A stretch of DNA of 24,000 nt. It comes from Emticicia sp. C21 (lineage in GTDB: Bacteria > Bacteroidota > Bacteroidia > Cytophagales > Spirosomataceae). The notes beneath the pieces are model-generated. The model did no database searches and was not told the DNA's origin. It saw nothing but the letters and a program-made list of their open reading frames with translations. The position numbers and the translations under genes are program-made. The stretch spans positions 388,063-412,062 of the forward strand of contig NZ_QVMT01000001.1 of assembly GCF_003418935.1 (NCBI RefSeq), written 5' to 3'. Position 1 is the stretch's first letter, and every line of letters starts with the position of its first letter. Below are positions 9,010 through 16,628 of the stretch, in pieces.

Positions 9010-9099
9010 CGGTCCGGACGGGGCTCGAAGCGAAACGTCGCACCGTCTGCGACCCACTTCATGACAGGCAGGTATTCTAGCCAACTGAATTACCGAACT
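9010..9099 (-). pseudogene. tRNA-Asp-derived element, copy 2 (full length, 90 nt, 17-nt block in T arm, degenerate stems)
   Basis: The reverse complement reads AGTTCGGTAATTCAGTTGGCTAGAATACCTGCCTGTCATGAAGTGGGTCGCAG[ACGGTGCGACGTTTCGC]TTCGAGCCCCGTCCGGACCG. There is a G1>A mismatch in the acceptor stem and two mismatches in the anticodon stem. It carries the same bracketed block as copy 1. Confidence 0.7.
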
Positions 9100-9114
9100 A
9101 AAAGGACTAAAAAC

Positions 9115-9143
9115 AAAAAAGCACTCAAAATTGAGTGCTTTTT
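9115..9143 (-). terminator. Hairpin terminator, unit 3 of 3, immediately downstream of the intact tRNA-Asp
   Basis: AAAAAAGCACTCA-AAAT-TGAGTGCTTTTT. It begins 2 nt after the tRNA discriminator base on the minus strand. Confidence 0.7.
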
Positions 9144-9144
9144 G

Positions 9145-9218
9145 CGGTCCGGACGGGGCTCGAACCCGCGACCCCCTGCGTGACAGGCAGGTATTCTAAC
9201 CAACTGAACTACCGAACC
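9145..9218 (-). tRNA. tRNA-Asp (anticodon GUC), 74 nt, CCA not encoded
   Basis: The reverse complement folds by hand as GGTTCGG TA GTTC AGTTGGTTA GAAT A CCTGC CTGTCAC GCAGG GGGTC GCGGG TTCGAGC CCCGT CCGGACC G. It has a 7-bp acceptor stem (one G.U), a 4-bp D stem, a 5-bp anticodon stem and a 5-bp T stem with a TTCGAGC loop. It is very close to E. coli tRNA-Asp as I remember it. Confidence 0.95.
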
Positions 9219-9258
9219 GGGTCTCCTAAACGTTGCTGAAACTTTATTTCCCTCATCG

Positions 9259-9291
9259 TTTGGGACTGCAAAGGTAGGGAGATTATATTTG
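9259..9291 (+). promoter_or_regulatory. Putative Bacteroidota-type promoter for the DinB-M20-Nif3-zinc ribbon operon
   Basis: TTTG lies at 9259-9262 and TATATTTG (TAnnTTTG) at 9284-9291, with 21 nt between them. The box is 28 nt upstream of ATG 9319. It interdigitates with the divergent tRNA promoter. Confidence 0.4.
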
Positions 9292-9300
9292 CGTGTCAAG
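9269..9300 (-). promoter_or_regulatory. Putative Bacteroidota-type promoter for tRNA-Asp
   Basis: The minus strand reads CTTGAC-N-TACCTTTG. TTG lies at 9299-9297 and a TAnnTTTG box at 9276-9269, with 20 nt between them, about 50 nt upstream of the tRNA 5' end. This matches the published Bacteroides -33 TTTG / -7 TAnnTTTG consensus apart from the first T. Confidence 0.4.
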
Positions 9301-9318
9301 ACCTAAATCAAAAAAAAT

Positions 9319-9840
9319 ATGAAAATTTCTAAACCTACCGACAACGAGTACAACACCCAATCACCTCAAAAGAGTTATATTCAGACAGTTACGGCAGAAA
9401 ATGCACTTCAGGCAATGGCTGAAAATATTTTGATTGTGGATAACTTTTTCAAATCATTGCCTCCGGAAAAGCATTTTTACCGCTATGCTGAAGGAAAATG
9501 GACTCCCATTGAAGTTCTGGGGCATATTGTGGATTGTGAAAGAATCCTTGCTTACCGTGCTATGTGTATTGCACGGAACGAAAAACAGTCGTTACCAGGC
9601 TTTGATGAAGCCAATTATGTGGCTGCAACCAACTTTAATAAAAAAAGTCTCAGAAACATACTATTGCAATACAAAGCGCAAAGAAAATCCACTATCTTGC
9701 TATTCAAATCTTTCAGTCAGCGTGAATTGTCTCGTTTGGGTCTGGCCAATAACTGGCCTACTACAGCCCGTGCCCTGGCATGGATTATTGCCGGACATGA
9801 GTTACACCATCTGAATATTCTGAAAGAACGCTATCTGTAA
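9319..9840 (+). CDS. DinB-family (DinB_2) metal-dependent four-helix-bundle protein
   Basis: 173-aa ORF with the histidine pattern of the DinB superfamily (GHIVDCERI ... AGHELHHLNILKERY). Confidence 0.8.
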   Translation: MKISKPTDNEYNTQSPQKSYIQTVTAENALQAMAENILIVDNFFKSLPPEKHFYRYAEGKWTPIEVLGHIVDCERILAYRAMCIARNEKQSLPGFDEANYVAATNFNKKSLRNILLQYKAQRKSTILLFKSFSQRELSRLGLANNWPTTARALAWIIAGHELHHLNILKERYL

Positions 9841-9850
9841 AATCATCAAC

Positions 9851-11137
9851 ATGAAGAAAACTTACTTATTTTTTCTCCTGCTGGCAGGATTCCATTCGTT
9901 TGCGCAGAAAATAAGTTCAACGGAAAAGCAAATCATTGAAGATATAAAAGCCAACGTTGCCAAGACCGAGAAATTATTAGAGCAGGTGGTCAACATCAAT
10001 AGTGGTACGCTCAATCATGCTGGAGTAAAACAAGTCGGACAGGTTTTCAGAAAAGAATTTGAGGATATGGGTTTTACTACCGAATGGGTTTCTTTACCTG
10101 ATTCGCTAAATCGGGCTGGGCATCTGGTGGCTTATCGCAAAGGAAAGAAAGGCAAAAAGTTATTTCTGATAGGTCATTTAGACACGGTCTTTGAGAAATC
10201 CATGCCTTTTACGCCTTTCACTCGCCTCAATGATTCTACTGCTACAGGGCAGGGAGTGAACGATATGAAGGGTGGTGATGTGATGATAATTTCTGCATTA
10301 AAAGCTTTACATGGACGAAACCTTTTGGACGACACCTCAATTACTGTTTATTTCACTGGTGACGAAGAGAGCTCAGGCAAGCCTACGAGCATCAGTCGGA
10401 AAGATTTTATCGACCGTGCGAAAGCATCTGATATTGCTTTGGCTTATGAAACTGCTGTGAACTTTAATATAGCAGCAACCGCCCGCAGAGGTGCCAGTGG
10501 TTGGGAACTGACAACTACGGGCAAAACAGGACACTCTTCAGGTCTCTTTAGCCAGAATATGGGTTATGGTGCGATTTATGAAGCGGCCAGAATTCTGGAT
10601 GAATTCAGAGAAGCGCTGAGTAGTGAGAAATATCTTACTTTTAATCCGGGAGTGATTTCCGGTGGTACAACAGTTAGTTATGATCATGGATTAGATAAAG
10701 GTGAAGCGGTTGGGAAAACGAATATTATTGCCCAGAAAGTAATGGTTACTGGTGATTTACGTTTTATTAGTGAAGTTCAGAAAGAAAACGCCAGAACTAA
10801 AATGCGTGAGATTGTAGCCAAGCATCTGAATGGTACCAATGCAGAAATAAAATTTATTGACGGAATCCCTGCCATGGAACCAACGCAGGCAAATGCTGAT
10901 CTATTAAAAGTGCTGAATCAGGTAAGTCTGGATTTGAATATGGGAGAAGTAAGAGCAGGTGACCCGGGTTCACGGGGCGCGGGAGATATATCATACATTG
11001 CACAATATGTACCTTGTCTTGATGGGTTGGGCGCTTCGGGCAAAGGTGCACATGCCCCTGGTGAAACCATTAATCTGAAAGAATTTCCAGGCTTAACACA
11101 GCGCACAGCTTTATTAATTTATCGATTGACACAATGA
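9851..11137 (+). CDS. M20-family metallopeptidase (glutamate carboxypeptidase / CPG2-like) with signal peptide
   Basis: 428-aa ORF with signal LFFLLLAGFHSFAQ. M20 metal-ligand motifs are present: IGHLDTVF, GVNDMKGG, FTGDEESSG. It starts 10 nt after the DinB stop and overlaps the next gene by ATGA. Confidence 0.85.
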   Translation: MKKTYLFFLLLAGFHSFAQKISSTEKQIIEDIKANVAKTEKLLEQVVNINSGTLNHAGVKQVGQVFRKEFEDMGFTTEWVSLPDSLNRAGHLVAYRKGKKGKKLFLIGHLDTVFEKSMPFTPFTRLNDSTATGQGVNDMKGGDVMIISALKALHGRNLLDDTSITVYFTGDEESSGKPTSISRKDFIDRAKASDIALAYETAVNFNIAATARRGASGWELTTTGKTGHSSGLFSQNMGYGAIYEAARILDEFREALSSEKYLTFNPGVISGGTTVSYDHGLDKGEAVGKTNIIAQKVMVTGDLRFISEVQKENARTKMREIVAKHLNGTNAEIKFIDGIPAMEPTQANADLLKVLNQVSLDLNMGEVRAGDPGSRGAGDISYIAQYVPCLDGLGASGKGAHAPGETINLKEFPGLTQRTALLIYRLTQ

Positions 11138-12234
11138 GAATAAGAGATTTAACAGCCCATCTTGAAAAATTAGCTCCCCTATCCTATCAGGAATCTTACG
11201 ATAATGCAGGTTTAATTGTTGGAAACCCAAACGAAATAATTACTGGTGTCTTGGTAAGTCTTGATTCGACTGAGGATGTTGTGGAAGAGGCCATTCAACG
11301 TGGTTGTAATCTGATTGTGGCACATCATCCAATTGTGTTTAAGGGTTTAAAGAAAATCACGGGTAAAAACTATGTAGAACGCACCATCATAAAAGCCATC
11401 AAAAATGATATAGCTATTTATGCTACCCATACCAATCTGGATAATGTGGTGAATGGGGTTAGTTTCAAAATTGCTCAATTATTAGGTTTGCAACAGGTAA
11501 AAATCTTGGCGCCAAAAAGCGACTTGCTGATGAAACTCGTCGTGTTTGTTCCGGTTGAAAGCACAGGACAGCTATTAGATGCCCTCTACGCCGCCGGAGC
11601 AGGTGAAATCGGTAATTATAGTCAGTGCAGTTTCAGAGTGGAAGGGAAAGGCACTTTTAAACCTAATTCGCAAGCGAATCCTACCATCGGACAGACGGGA
11701 GGGCCGATGGAAGAGGTAGAAGAGAATCGGGTAGAAGTCATTTTTCCGGCTTATCTTAAAAACCCGATTTTAGCAGCCATGCGTAAGGGACATGTATATG
11801 AAGAAGTGGCGTATTACCTGACTGCATTGGATAACGAAAATCAGGAAGTGGGCTCGGGAGCGATTGGAGTTCTTCCACAAGAGATGGTTGAAACAGATTT
11901 TTTGGCTTATTTGAAACAAAAGATGCAGGTTTCAGTTATTCGACATACAAGCCTACTTGAAAAACCCATCAAAAAAGTAGCCGTATGTGGTGGAGCGGGA
12001 AGTTTTCTATTGGGTGATGCCATGCGGTCTGGTGCCGACATCTTTATTACGGCCGATTACAAGTACCACGAGTTTTTTGATGCCGAAAATCGCATTATCA
12101 TAGCCGATATCGGGCATTATGAAAGCGAGCACTTTACAAAAGAATTATTGAAAGATTATATTTGCAAAAAATTCACTAACTTTGCAGTCCATTTGTCGGA
12201 AACACCTACAAATCCGGTGAAATATTATTATTAA
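11134..12234 (+). CDS. Nif3-like dinuclear-metal-centre protein (YqfO/YbgI family, long form with inserted PII-like domain)
   Basis: 366-aa ORF with AYDNAGL, VAHHPIVF, ATHTNLDN, VCGGAGS and IGHYESEH motifs. The roughly 100-aa insert (KLVVFVP...VEVIFP) is typical of the long Nif3 form. Confidence 0.9.
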   Translation: MRIRDLTAHLEKLAPLSYQESYDNAGLIVGNPNEIITGVLVSLDSTEDVVEEAIQRGCNLIVAHHPIVFKGLKKITGKNYVERTIIKAIKNDIAIYATHTNLDNVVNGVSFKIAQLLGLQQVKILAPKSDLLMKLVVFVPVESTGQLLDALYAAGAGEIGNYSQCSFRVEGKGTFKPNSQANPTIGQTGGPMEEVEENRVEVIFPAYLKNPILAAMRKGHVYEEVAYYLTALDNENQEVGSGAIGVLPQEMVETDFLAYLKQKMQVSVIRHTSLLEKPIKKVAVCGGAGSFLLGDAMRSGADIFITADYKYHEFFDAENRIIIADIGHYESEHFTKELLKDYICKKFTNFAVHLSETPTNPVKYYY

Positions 12235-12336
12235 TCAATGGAGTATTGAGGTAAAATGGCTTGGAGTTCATTGACCTTTTATACCAAAAAACAAAGCTTT
12301 AAAATCAAGACGCTCCGCCGTAGCGGTTCATATATT

Positions 12337-13077
12337 ATGGAATTAACAGTTGCACAAAAATTAGAAGCTCTTCTTAATCTTCAATCGATTGATTCTGAAT
12401 TAGACGAAATTAAAAAGCTACGTGGTGATTTGCCAGACGAAGTACGTGACTTAGAAGATGAGGTGGTTGGCTTTGAAACGCGTATTTCAAAATTTAAAAG
12501 AGAAGTAGATACTTTAGATGCTGAAATCAACGGCTATCGTTTGAATAAAAAAGATGCTGAAAAGTTGATTCAGAAGTATAAAGACCAACAAATGAACGTT
12601 CGTAACAACCGTGAATACGACGCGATTTCAAAAGAGTTGGAGTTACAGGAACTGGAAATTCAGTTGGCTGACAAACGTATTAAAGAAGCTGATTTCAAAA
12701 TCAGAAATAAAAATACTGAAATTGCGGATGTAGAATCAGCAATGAATGCCCGTAAAAAAGACCTTGAGGCCAAACGTAAAGAGTTAGATGTATTAGTAGC
12801 TGAAAGTCAGGAAGAGGAAAAGGCTTTGGTTGGGAATCGTGACAAAGCAGCAACTAATGTTGAAGAACGTCTGATTAATGCTTACAACCGTATTCGTGGT
12901 AATGCAGGTAATGGCTTGGCGGTTGTAATGGTAAGACGCGGTGCTTGCGGTGGATGTTTCAATATTGTTCCTCCACAACGTCAGGCTGATATTAAAGATA
13001 AGAAGAAAATCATCGTTTGCGAACACTGTGGCCGTATCCTGGCCGATGTTGATGCAATCGAGATTAGTAGAAGATAA
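12337..13077 (+). CDS. Coiled-coil C4 zinc-ribbon protein (COG1579/DUF164 family, HP0958-like)
   Basis: The track ORF begins at 12256, but homologues as I recall them begin at MELTVAQKLEALLNLQSIDSELDEI, so I take ATG 12337. It has a long heptad coiled coil followed by CGGCFNIVPPQ...VCEHCGRIL (CxxC...CxxC). This family is classically adjacent to Nif3. Confidence 0.8.
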   Translation: MELTVAQKLEALLNLQSIDSELDEIKKLRGDLPDEVRDLEDEVVGFETRISKFKREVDTLDAEINGYRLNKKDAEKLIQKYKDQQMNVRNNREYDAISKELELQELEIQLADKRIKEADFKIRNKNTEIADVESAMNARKKDLEAKRKELDVLVAESQEEEKALVGNRDKAATNVEERLINAYNRIRGNAGNGLAVVMVRRGACGGCFNIVPPQRQADIKDKKKIIVCEHCGRILADVDAIEISRR

Positions 13078-13098
13078 TAACTCTTATTGCCATGATAA

Positions 13099-13134
13099 GC
13101 CAAATTTTCAATCAAACGAAGATTTGGCTTTTTT
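13099..13134 (+). terminator. Rho-independent terminator ending the DinB-to-zinc-ribbon operon
   Basis: GCCAAATTTTC (13099-13109) pairs with GAAGATTTGGC (13118-13128), 11 bp with one mismatch and an 8-nt loop. TTTTTT follows at 13129-13134. Confidence 0.7.
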
Positions 13135-13155
13135 ATTTACCAAAACTAAAGTTTA

Positions 13156-14667
13156 GTGCCTAAGTATCGTCATATTGCTCAATTGCCATTCCTCTCTTTT
13201 TGCAGAGTGGCCTTGCTGTTTGCGCTTTCCCTTCCCACTTTTGCATTCGAGGCTGAATTCACTTCTAATCTCCAAAAGGCATATGCCGAGATTTTCAAAT
13301 TAAGAGTGCAAACGGGCAGAGATTTATTAACCAAAGAGAGTACTAAGAATCCATTCAGAGTTTATGCTGAAAACTATGCTGATATGGTGGAATTGCTTAA
13401 TTCGGAAGATGAAGATGCTTATGAGCGAATAGTAGATAAGGAAAGTGAACGATTGGATTTGATTGAGAAGACAGATAAAAAATCGCCGTATAATCGTTTT
13501 CTGAGAGCAGAATTGAAAATCCATTGGGCATTGCTTAAAATCCGTTTTGGGCATGAAGTAAAAGCTGCCTGGAATATTATTCAGGCATATAGGTTATTAG
13601 AAGAGAATCAGAAGCTATTCCCTAAATTCTTACCTAATCTAAAATCAATTGGTTGTTTGCATATTCTGGTGGGTTCTATCCCTGAGAATCAGAAATGGGT
13701 TACTAGTTTTTTAGGATTAAAAGGGAATATTCAGCAAGGGCTAAAAGAATTGGAATTGGCCTCTCATGATAAAATATGGGGTCTGGAAACTAGTTTCTGC
13801 CAGTTCTTTATTCAGTCTTATATATTGCCATATAATGAGCAGGTCAATGAAGCATTGCTACGGGCGGTAGATCTGCATGAAGATAATTTAAATCTAAATT
13901 TTCTAGCAACAGCGATCTCCCTTAAAGGTGGGCGCACTGAACAAGCGGCTTCTTTAATGCGTAAAAACCCTTATAATGCCTCTTATTTGTATTTCCCCGT
14001 CTTTGAGTTATATAGAGGTGAAATCAATCTGTTTAAGGGTAATTATTATCAGGCTAGTTTGGCATATCAAACCTATATCCGTAACTTTAAAGGGAAGGCC
14101 TTTCTAAAAGACACTTACTACAAATTATTCCTATGCAGTTGGTTGGCAGGAGATGAAAAGAAAGGTTTAACTTATATTCAGAAGATTCCAGTAGTGGGTA
14201 GTACAATTGCAGAATCTGATAAGGCTGCACAAAAGTTCTATGAGAATTATACTAAAACGAATACTTTACCTAATAAGTCATTGATTAAAGTCAGGTTAGC
14301 TTTTGATGCAGGTTATTATGATAAAGCTTTACATGAAGCTGAGAATTTATCGGAGAATAATTTTACCTCACCTAAAGATAAGGCTGATTTTAATTATAGA
14401 ATCGCAAGGGTTTATCATAAAACTGAGCAATTGGACAAAGCCATTGCTTATTATGACAGAGCCATTTTATTGACAGATAAAGCAAAAGATCTTCAATGGC
14501 ATTTTGGGGCAAGTGCAGCTTTACAATTAGGTTATATATATCAAGAGAAAAATCAGCATTTAAAGGCTAAAAGTGAGTTTGAGAAGGCTATTTCTTATAA
14601 ACGCCATGAGTATAAAACTTCGATAGATAACAAGGCCAGAGCGGCTTTGACTGCTATGGGTTTTTAG
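13156..14667 (+). CDS. Secreted TPR-repeat protein (possibly TTC39/DUF3808-like)
   Basis: 503-aa ORF. The GTG start at 13156 gives a basic N-terminus plus hydrophobic signal (MPKYRH...VALLFALSLPTFAFE). The protein is all-helical with TPR-like repeats towards the C-terminus (YNYRIARVYHKTEQLDKAIAYYDRAI; LQLGYIYQEKNQHLKAKSEFEKAI). The start codon is uncertain. Confidence 0.6.
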   Translation: MPKYRHIAQLPFLSFCRVALLFALSLPTFAFEAEFTSNLQKAYAEIFKLRVQTGRDLLTKESTKNPFRVYAENYADMVELLNSEDEDAYERIVDKESERLDLIEKTDKKSPYNRFLRAELKIHWALLKIRFGHEVKAAWNIIQAYRLLEENQKLFPKFLPNLKSIGCLHILVGSIPENQKWVTSFLGLKGNIQQGLKELELASHDKIWGLETSFCQFFIQSYILPYNEQVNEALLRAVDLHEDNLNLNFLATAISLKGGRTEQAASLMRKNPYNASYLYFPVFELYRGEINLFKGNYYQASLAYQTYIRNFKGKAFLKDTYYKLFLCSWLAGDEKKGLTYIQKIPVVGSTIAESDKAAQKFYENYTKTNTLPNKSLIKVRLAFDAGYYDKALHEAENLSENNFTSPKDKADFNYRIARVYHKTEQLDKAIAYYDRAILLTDKAKDLQWHFGASAALQLGYIYQEKNQHLKAKSEFEKAISYKRHEYKTSIDNKARAALTAMGF

Positions 14668-14736
14668 TTTTCTCAAAACATTCATAGAATCTTGAAGACG
14701 CAATTACTGCGTCTCTACAATTAAGTCTTGTCCAAC

Positions 14737-16512
14737 TTAAAACACCAATTCCATACCCAATTTCTCCTTTAAATCCCAAAGGGCTGGGTTTTTGTTGGCC
14801 AGGTATTCAAATTTTTCCTGTGCAGTATAGGGGCGGCGTTCGATTTGGGACTCAACAATTTCTGATGCAATCTGAATAGTGTTGTTTTGTAATTGCTGAC
14901 GAAGATACACAGCTAAATCCTGCTTCATTTGGGTCAGCAAATCCATTTGTACCTGATTATCTAATCTTAATTTGAGGATATGGCCCTCTACGAGATTAAA
15001 ATCTCGTTTCAGCATTACCTCTATCGTGGCATTGTTACGAGAATCCGCAAAAGTGTGTAGCTCTCTTTTGAGTTGCTCTAAAGTAAAAGGCTTGTTTGCA
15101 CTGATATTACTAATAGCAGGTTCGTTAGCCTGATTAGTCTGGCCACCCGAAGAAGGTAATTCTACATCAACATTTGTCGATTTAAACTTTGACGGTGTAA
15201 AATTTGGTCTTGACGTTGATATGACCGGTAGCTCATTCTTTACTTGGGTGCTAACTGCCGGAGTAGATGGTGGTATATGAGTAATAGTAGGTGTAACACT
15301 CACAGGCTGGCTTACTGTATTCTGTATTACAGGTTGTGGCTGATTAGGCACAGATGCTACATTACTCTTTTTTTTTTCGTCAGCCGTGCTACCTGATAAT
15401 TCACTTAGATTTAAAACCTGTTGAATCTGTGAAAGTTTCATCAAGCCAATCTCCACATGTAATCGCTGGTTTTTGGCAGATTTATAATTAATATCTAAAT
15501 GGCTACCAACACTTAACGACGATAAGATATAACCTAAAGGCAATTTGCCTGATTGTTCTAAATAGCGTCTTTGGGTTGATTCAGCTACTTGTAATAGTTT
15601 TACGGTTTGCTGGTCTTTACTTACCATCAAGTTTCTGAAATGTTCGTTTAAGCCTACTACAAACTGATGTCCGTCAAAGCCTTTTTCCAAAACATCGTTG
15701 TATAATAGCAAAGAACCTGCAATATCGCCACTGTATAGAGAATCTGTCATTCTGAAATAATAATCATAATCCAGAATATGCAGATTATCTAAAACCGACT
15801 TATAAGTCAATTCATTGCCTGCCGCAAAGGTTACGTTCAGATCAAACATTGACAAAGCATCGCGTAAACCACCATCAGCTTTCTGAGCAATCAGTTCTAA
15901 AGCCTGATAATCAGCCTTGATGTTCTCTTTATCAGCGACATTAGCCAGATGGTCGGCCATGTCTTTTATCTGAATCCGATTGAAATCAAAAATCTGACAA
16001 CGACTTAGAATAGTAGGCAGAATTTTATGTTTCTCCGTTGTAGCCAGAATAAAAATAGCGTAGCTTGGTGGTTCTTCTAATGTTTTCAGAAAAGCATTAA
16101 ATGCTGCCTGTGAAAGCATGTGAACCTCATCAATGATATATACTTTGTATTTGCCGTATTGTGGAGGAAAACGAACCTGGTCGGTCAGGTTTCTGATATC
16201 TTCTACCGAGTTGTTTGAAGCCGCATCTAATTCATGAATATTGAAAGAGGCATTATTATTAAAACTCTTACAGGATTCACATTCGTTACAAGGCGAAATA
16301 TCTTCGCCCAGATTCTGACAGTTGATAGTTTTAGCCAAAATTCTGGCACAAGTGGTCTTCCCTACCCCACGTGGCCCACAAAACAAAAACGCCTGAGCCA
16401 AATGATTGGTTCTGATAGCATTTTGCAGGGTAGTAGTGATATGAGACTGCCCTACTACGGCATCGAAGGTAATAGGACGATACTTACGCGCTGAAACTAC
16501 AAACTTTTCCAT
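14737..16512 (-). CDS. dnaX: DNA polymerase III subunit tau (gamma/tau)
   Basis: 591-aa ORF with Walker A GPRGVGKTT, the zinc module CQNLGEDISPCNECESC, Walker B IIDEVHML and sensor SRC (ILSRCQ). A P/Q/S/T-rich linker and a C-terminal tau-specific domain follow. Confidence 0.95.
   Translation of the reverse strand: MEKFVVSARKYRPITFDAVVGQSHITTTLQNAIRTNHLAQAFLFCGPRGVGKTTCARILAKTINCQNLGEDISPCNECESCKSFNNNASFNIHELDAASNNSVEDIRNLTDQVRFPPQYGKYKVYIIDEVHMLSQAAFNAFLKTLEEPPSYAIFILATTEKHKILPTILSRCQIFDFNRIQIKDMADHLANVADKENIKADYQALELIAQKADGGLRDALSMFDLNVTFAAGNELTYKSVLDNLHILDYDYYFRMTDSLYSGDIAGSLLLYNDVLEKGFDGHQFVVGLNEHFRNLMVSKDQQTVKLLQVAESTQRRYLEQSGKLPLGYILSSLSVGSHLDINYKSAKNQRLHVEIGLMKLSQIQQVLNLSELSGSTADEKKKSNVASVPNQPQPVIQNTVSQPVSVTPTITHIPPSTPAVSTQVKNELPVISTSRPNFTPSKFKSTNVDVELPSSGGQTNQANEPAISNISANKPFTLEQLKRELHTFADSRNNATIEVMLKRDFNLVEGHILKLRLDNQVQMDLLTQMKQDLAVYLRQQLQNNTIQIASEIVESQIERRPYTAQEKFEYLANKNPALWDLKEKLGMELVF
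15362..15377 (-). promoter_or_regulatory. Candidate dnaX recoding site (A10 tract containing A AAA AAG, with an immediate -1 frame stop)
   Basis: The minus strand reads GAC GAA AAA AAA AAG AGT AAT, encoding D E K K K S N at codons 378-384. The heptamer A AAA AAG occupies 15373-15367. After a -1 slip the frame reads GAG TAA (15367-15362). The +1 frame reads GTA ATG TAG. Confidence 0.45.
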
Positions 16513-16628
16513 GGTGCAAGTTACAAAAAAACAAAAGGGCGACCAAAAATGATAGCCCTATTCGCAAGATTTATTTAGCTTTGCCGTGTTAATTTTGTGT
16601 TATTAATTCTTGATTTTTCTTTTGCATT

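Larger units (their letters stand above)
8850..9218 (-). repeat. Three head-to-tail units of tRNA-Asp(-like) body plus terminator hairpin (period 129 and 135 bp)
   Basis: The unit 3' ends (CGGTCC on the + strand) lie at 8881, 9010 and 9145. TTTTTGCGGTCCGGACGGGGCTCGAA is identical in all three units. The two distal units are identical for 38 nt from the tRNA 3' end. Confidence 0.9.

Noticed and set aside
8850-9218. CRISPR-like reading of three regularly spaced palindromic repeats (GCACTCA-N4-TGAGTGC) about 130 bp apart.
   Set aside because: There are only three units. The spacers are homologous to each other (tRNA-Asp-derived) rather than unique. The period is far longer than CRISPR repeat-spacer units, and no cas genes are present.
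8850-9218. Integrative-element att-site scars at the tRNA-Asp 3' end.
   Set aside because: No integrase, excisionase or foreign-looking cargo lies between or beside the copies, and the duplicated segments include tRNA 5' portions, unlike classic attL/attR. I keep this only as one alternative inside the finding.
8878-9299. Track ORFs 8878..9183 (+, 101 aa, internally repetitive LRSGRGSKRNVAPSATH) and 9090..9299 (-, 69 aa).
   Set aside because: Both read straight through the tRNA-Asp gene, its two degenerate copies and the terminator hairpins. The protein-level repeat simply mirrors the DNA repeat, so this is not coding.
9434-9814. 126-aa ORF in a second + frame inside the DinB gene.
   Set aside because: The 9319..9840 frame carries the DinB histidine motifs. 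The overlapping frame has none.
10854-13554. Antisense or overlapping ORFs 10854..11051, 10918..11106, 12793..13026, 12941..13156 and 13327..13554, plus the 12256 upstream start of the zinc-ribbon gene.
   Set aside because: All overlap genes with strong family motifs. The 27-codon extension (MAWSSLTFYTKKQSFKIKTLRRSGSYI) looks non-native compared with the conserved MELTVAQKLE start.
14696-14714. Hairpin AGACGCA-ATTAC-TGCGTCT between the TPR gene and the dnaX stop.
   Set aside because: The 7-bp stem is perfect, but no U-tract follows on either strand. It may help termination, but I cannot support calling it a terminator.
16234-16494. 86-aa + strand ORF opposite the dnaX 5' region.
   Set aside because: It is antisense to the Walker A and zinc-module coding region of dnaX, so it is a shadow ORF.
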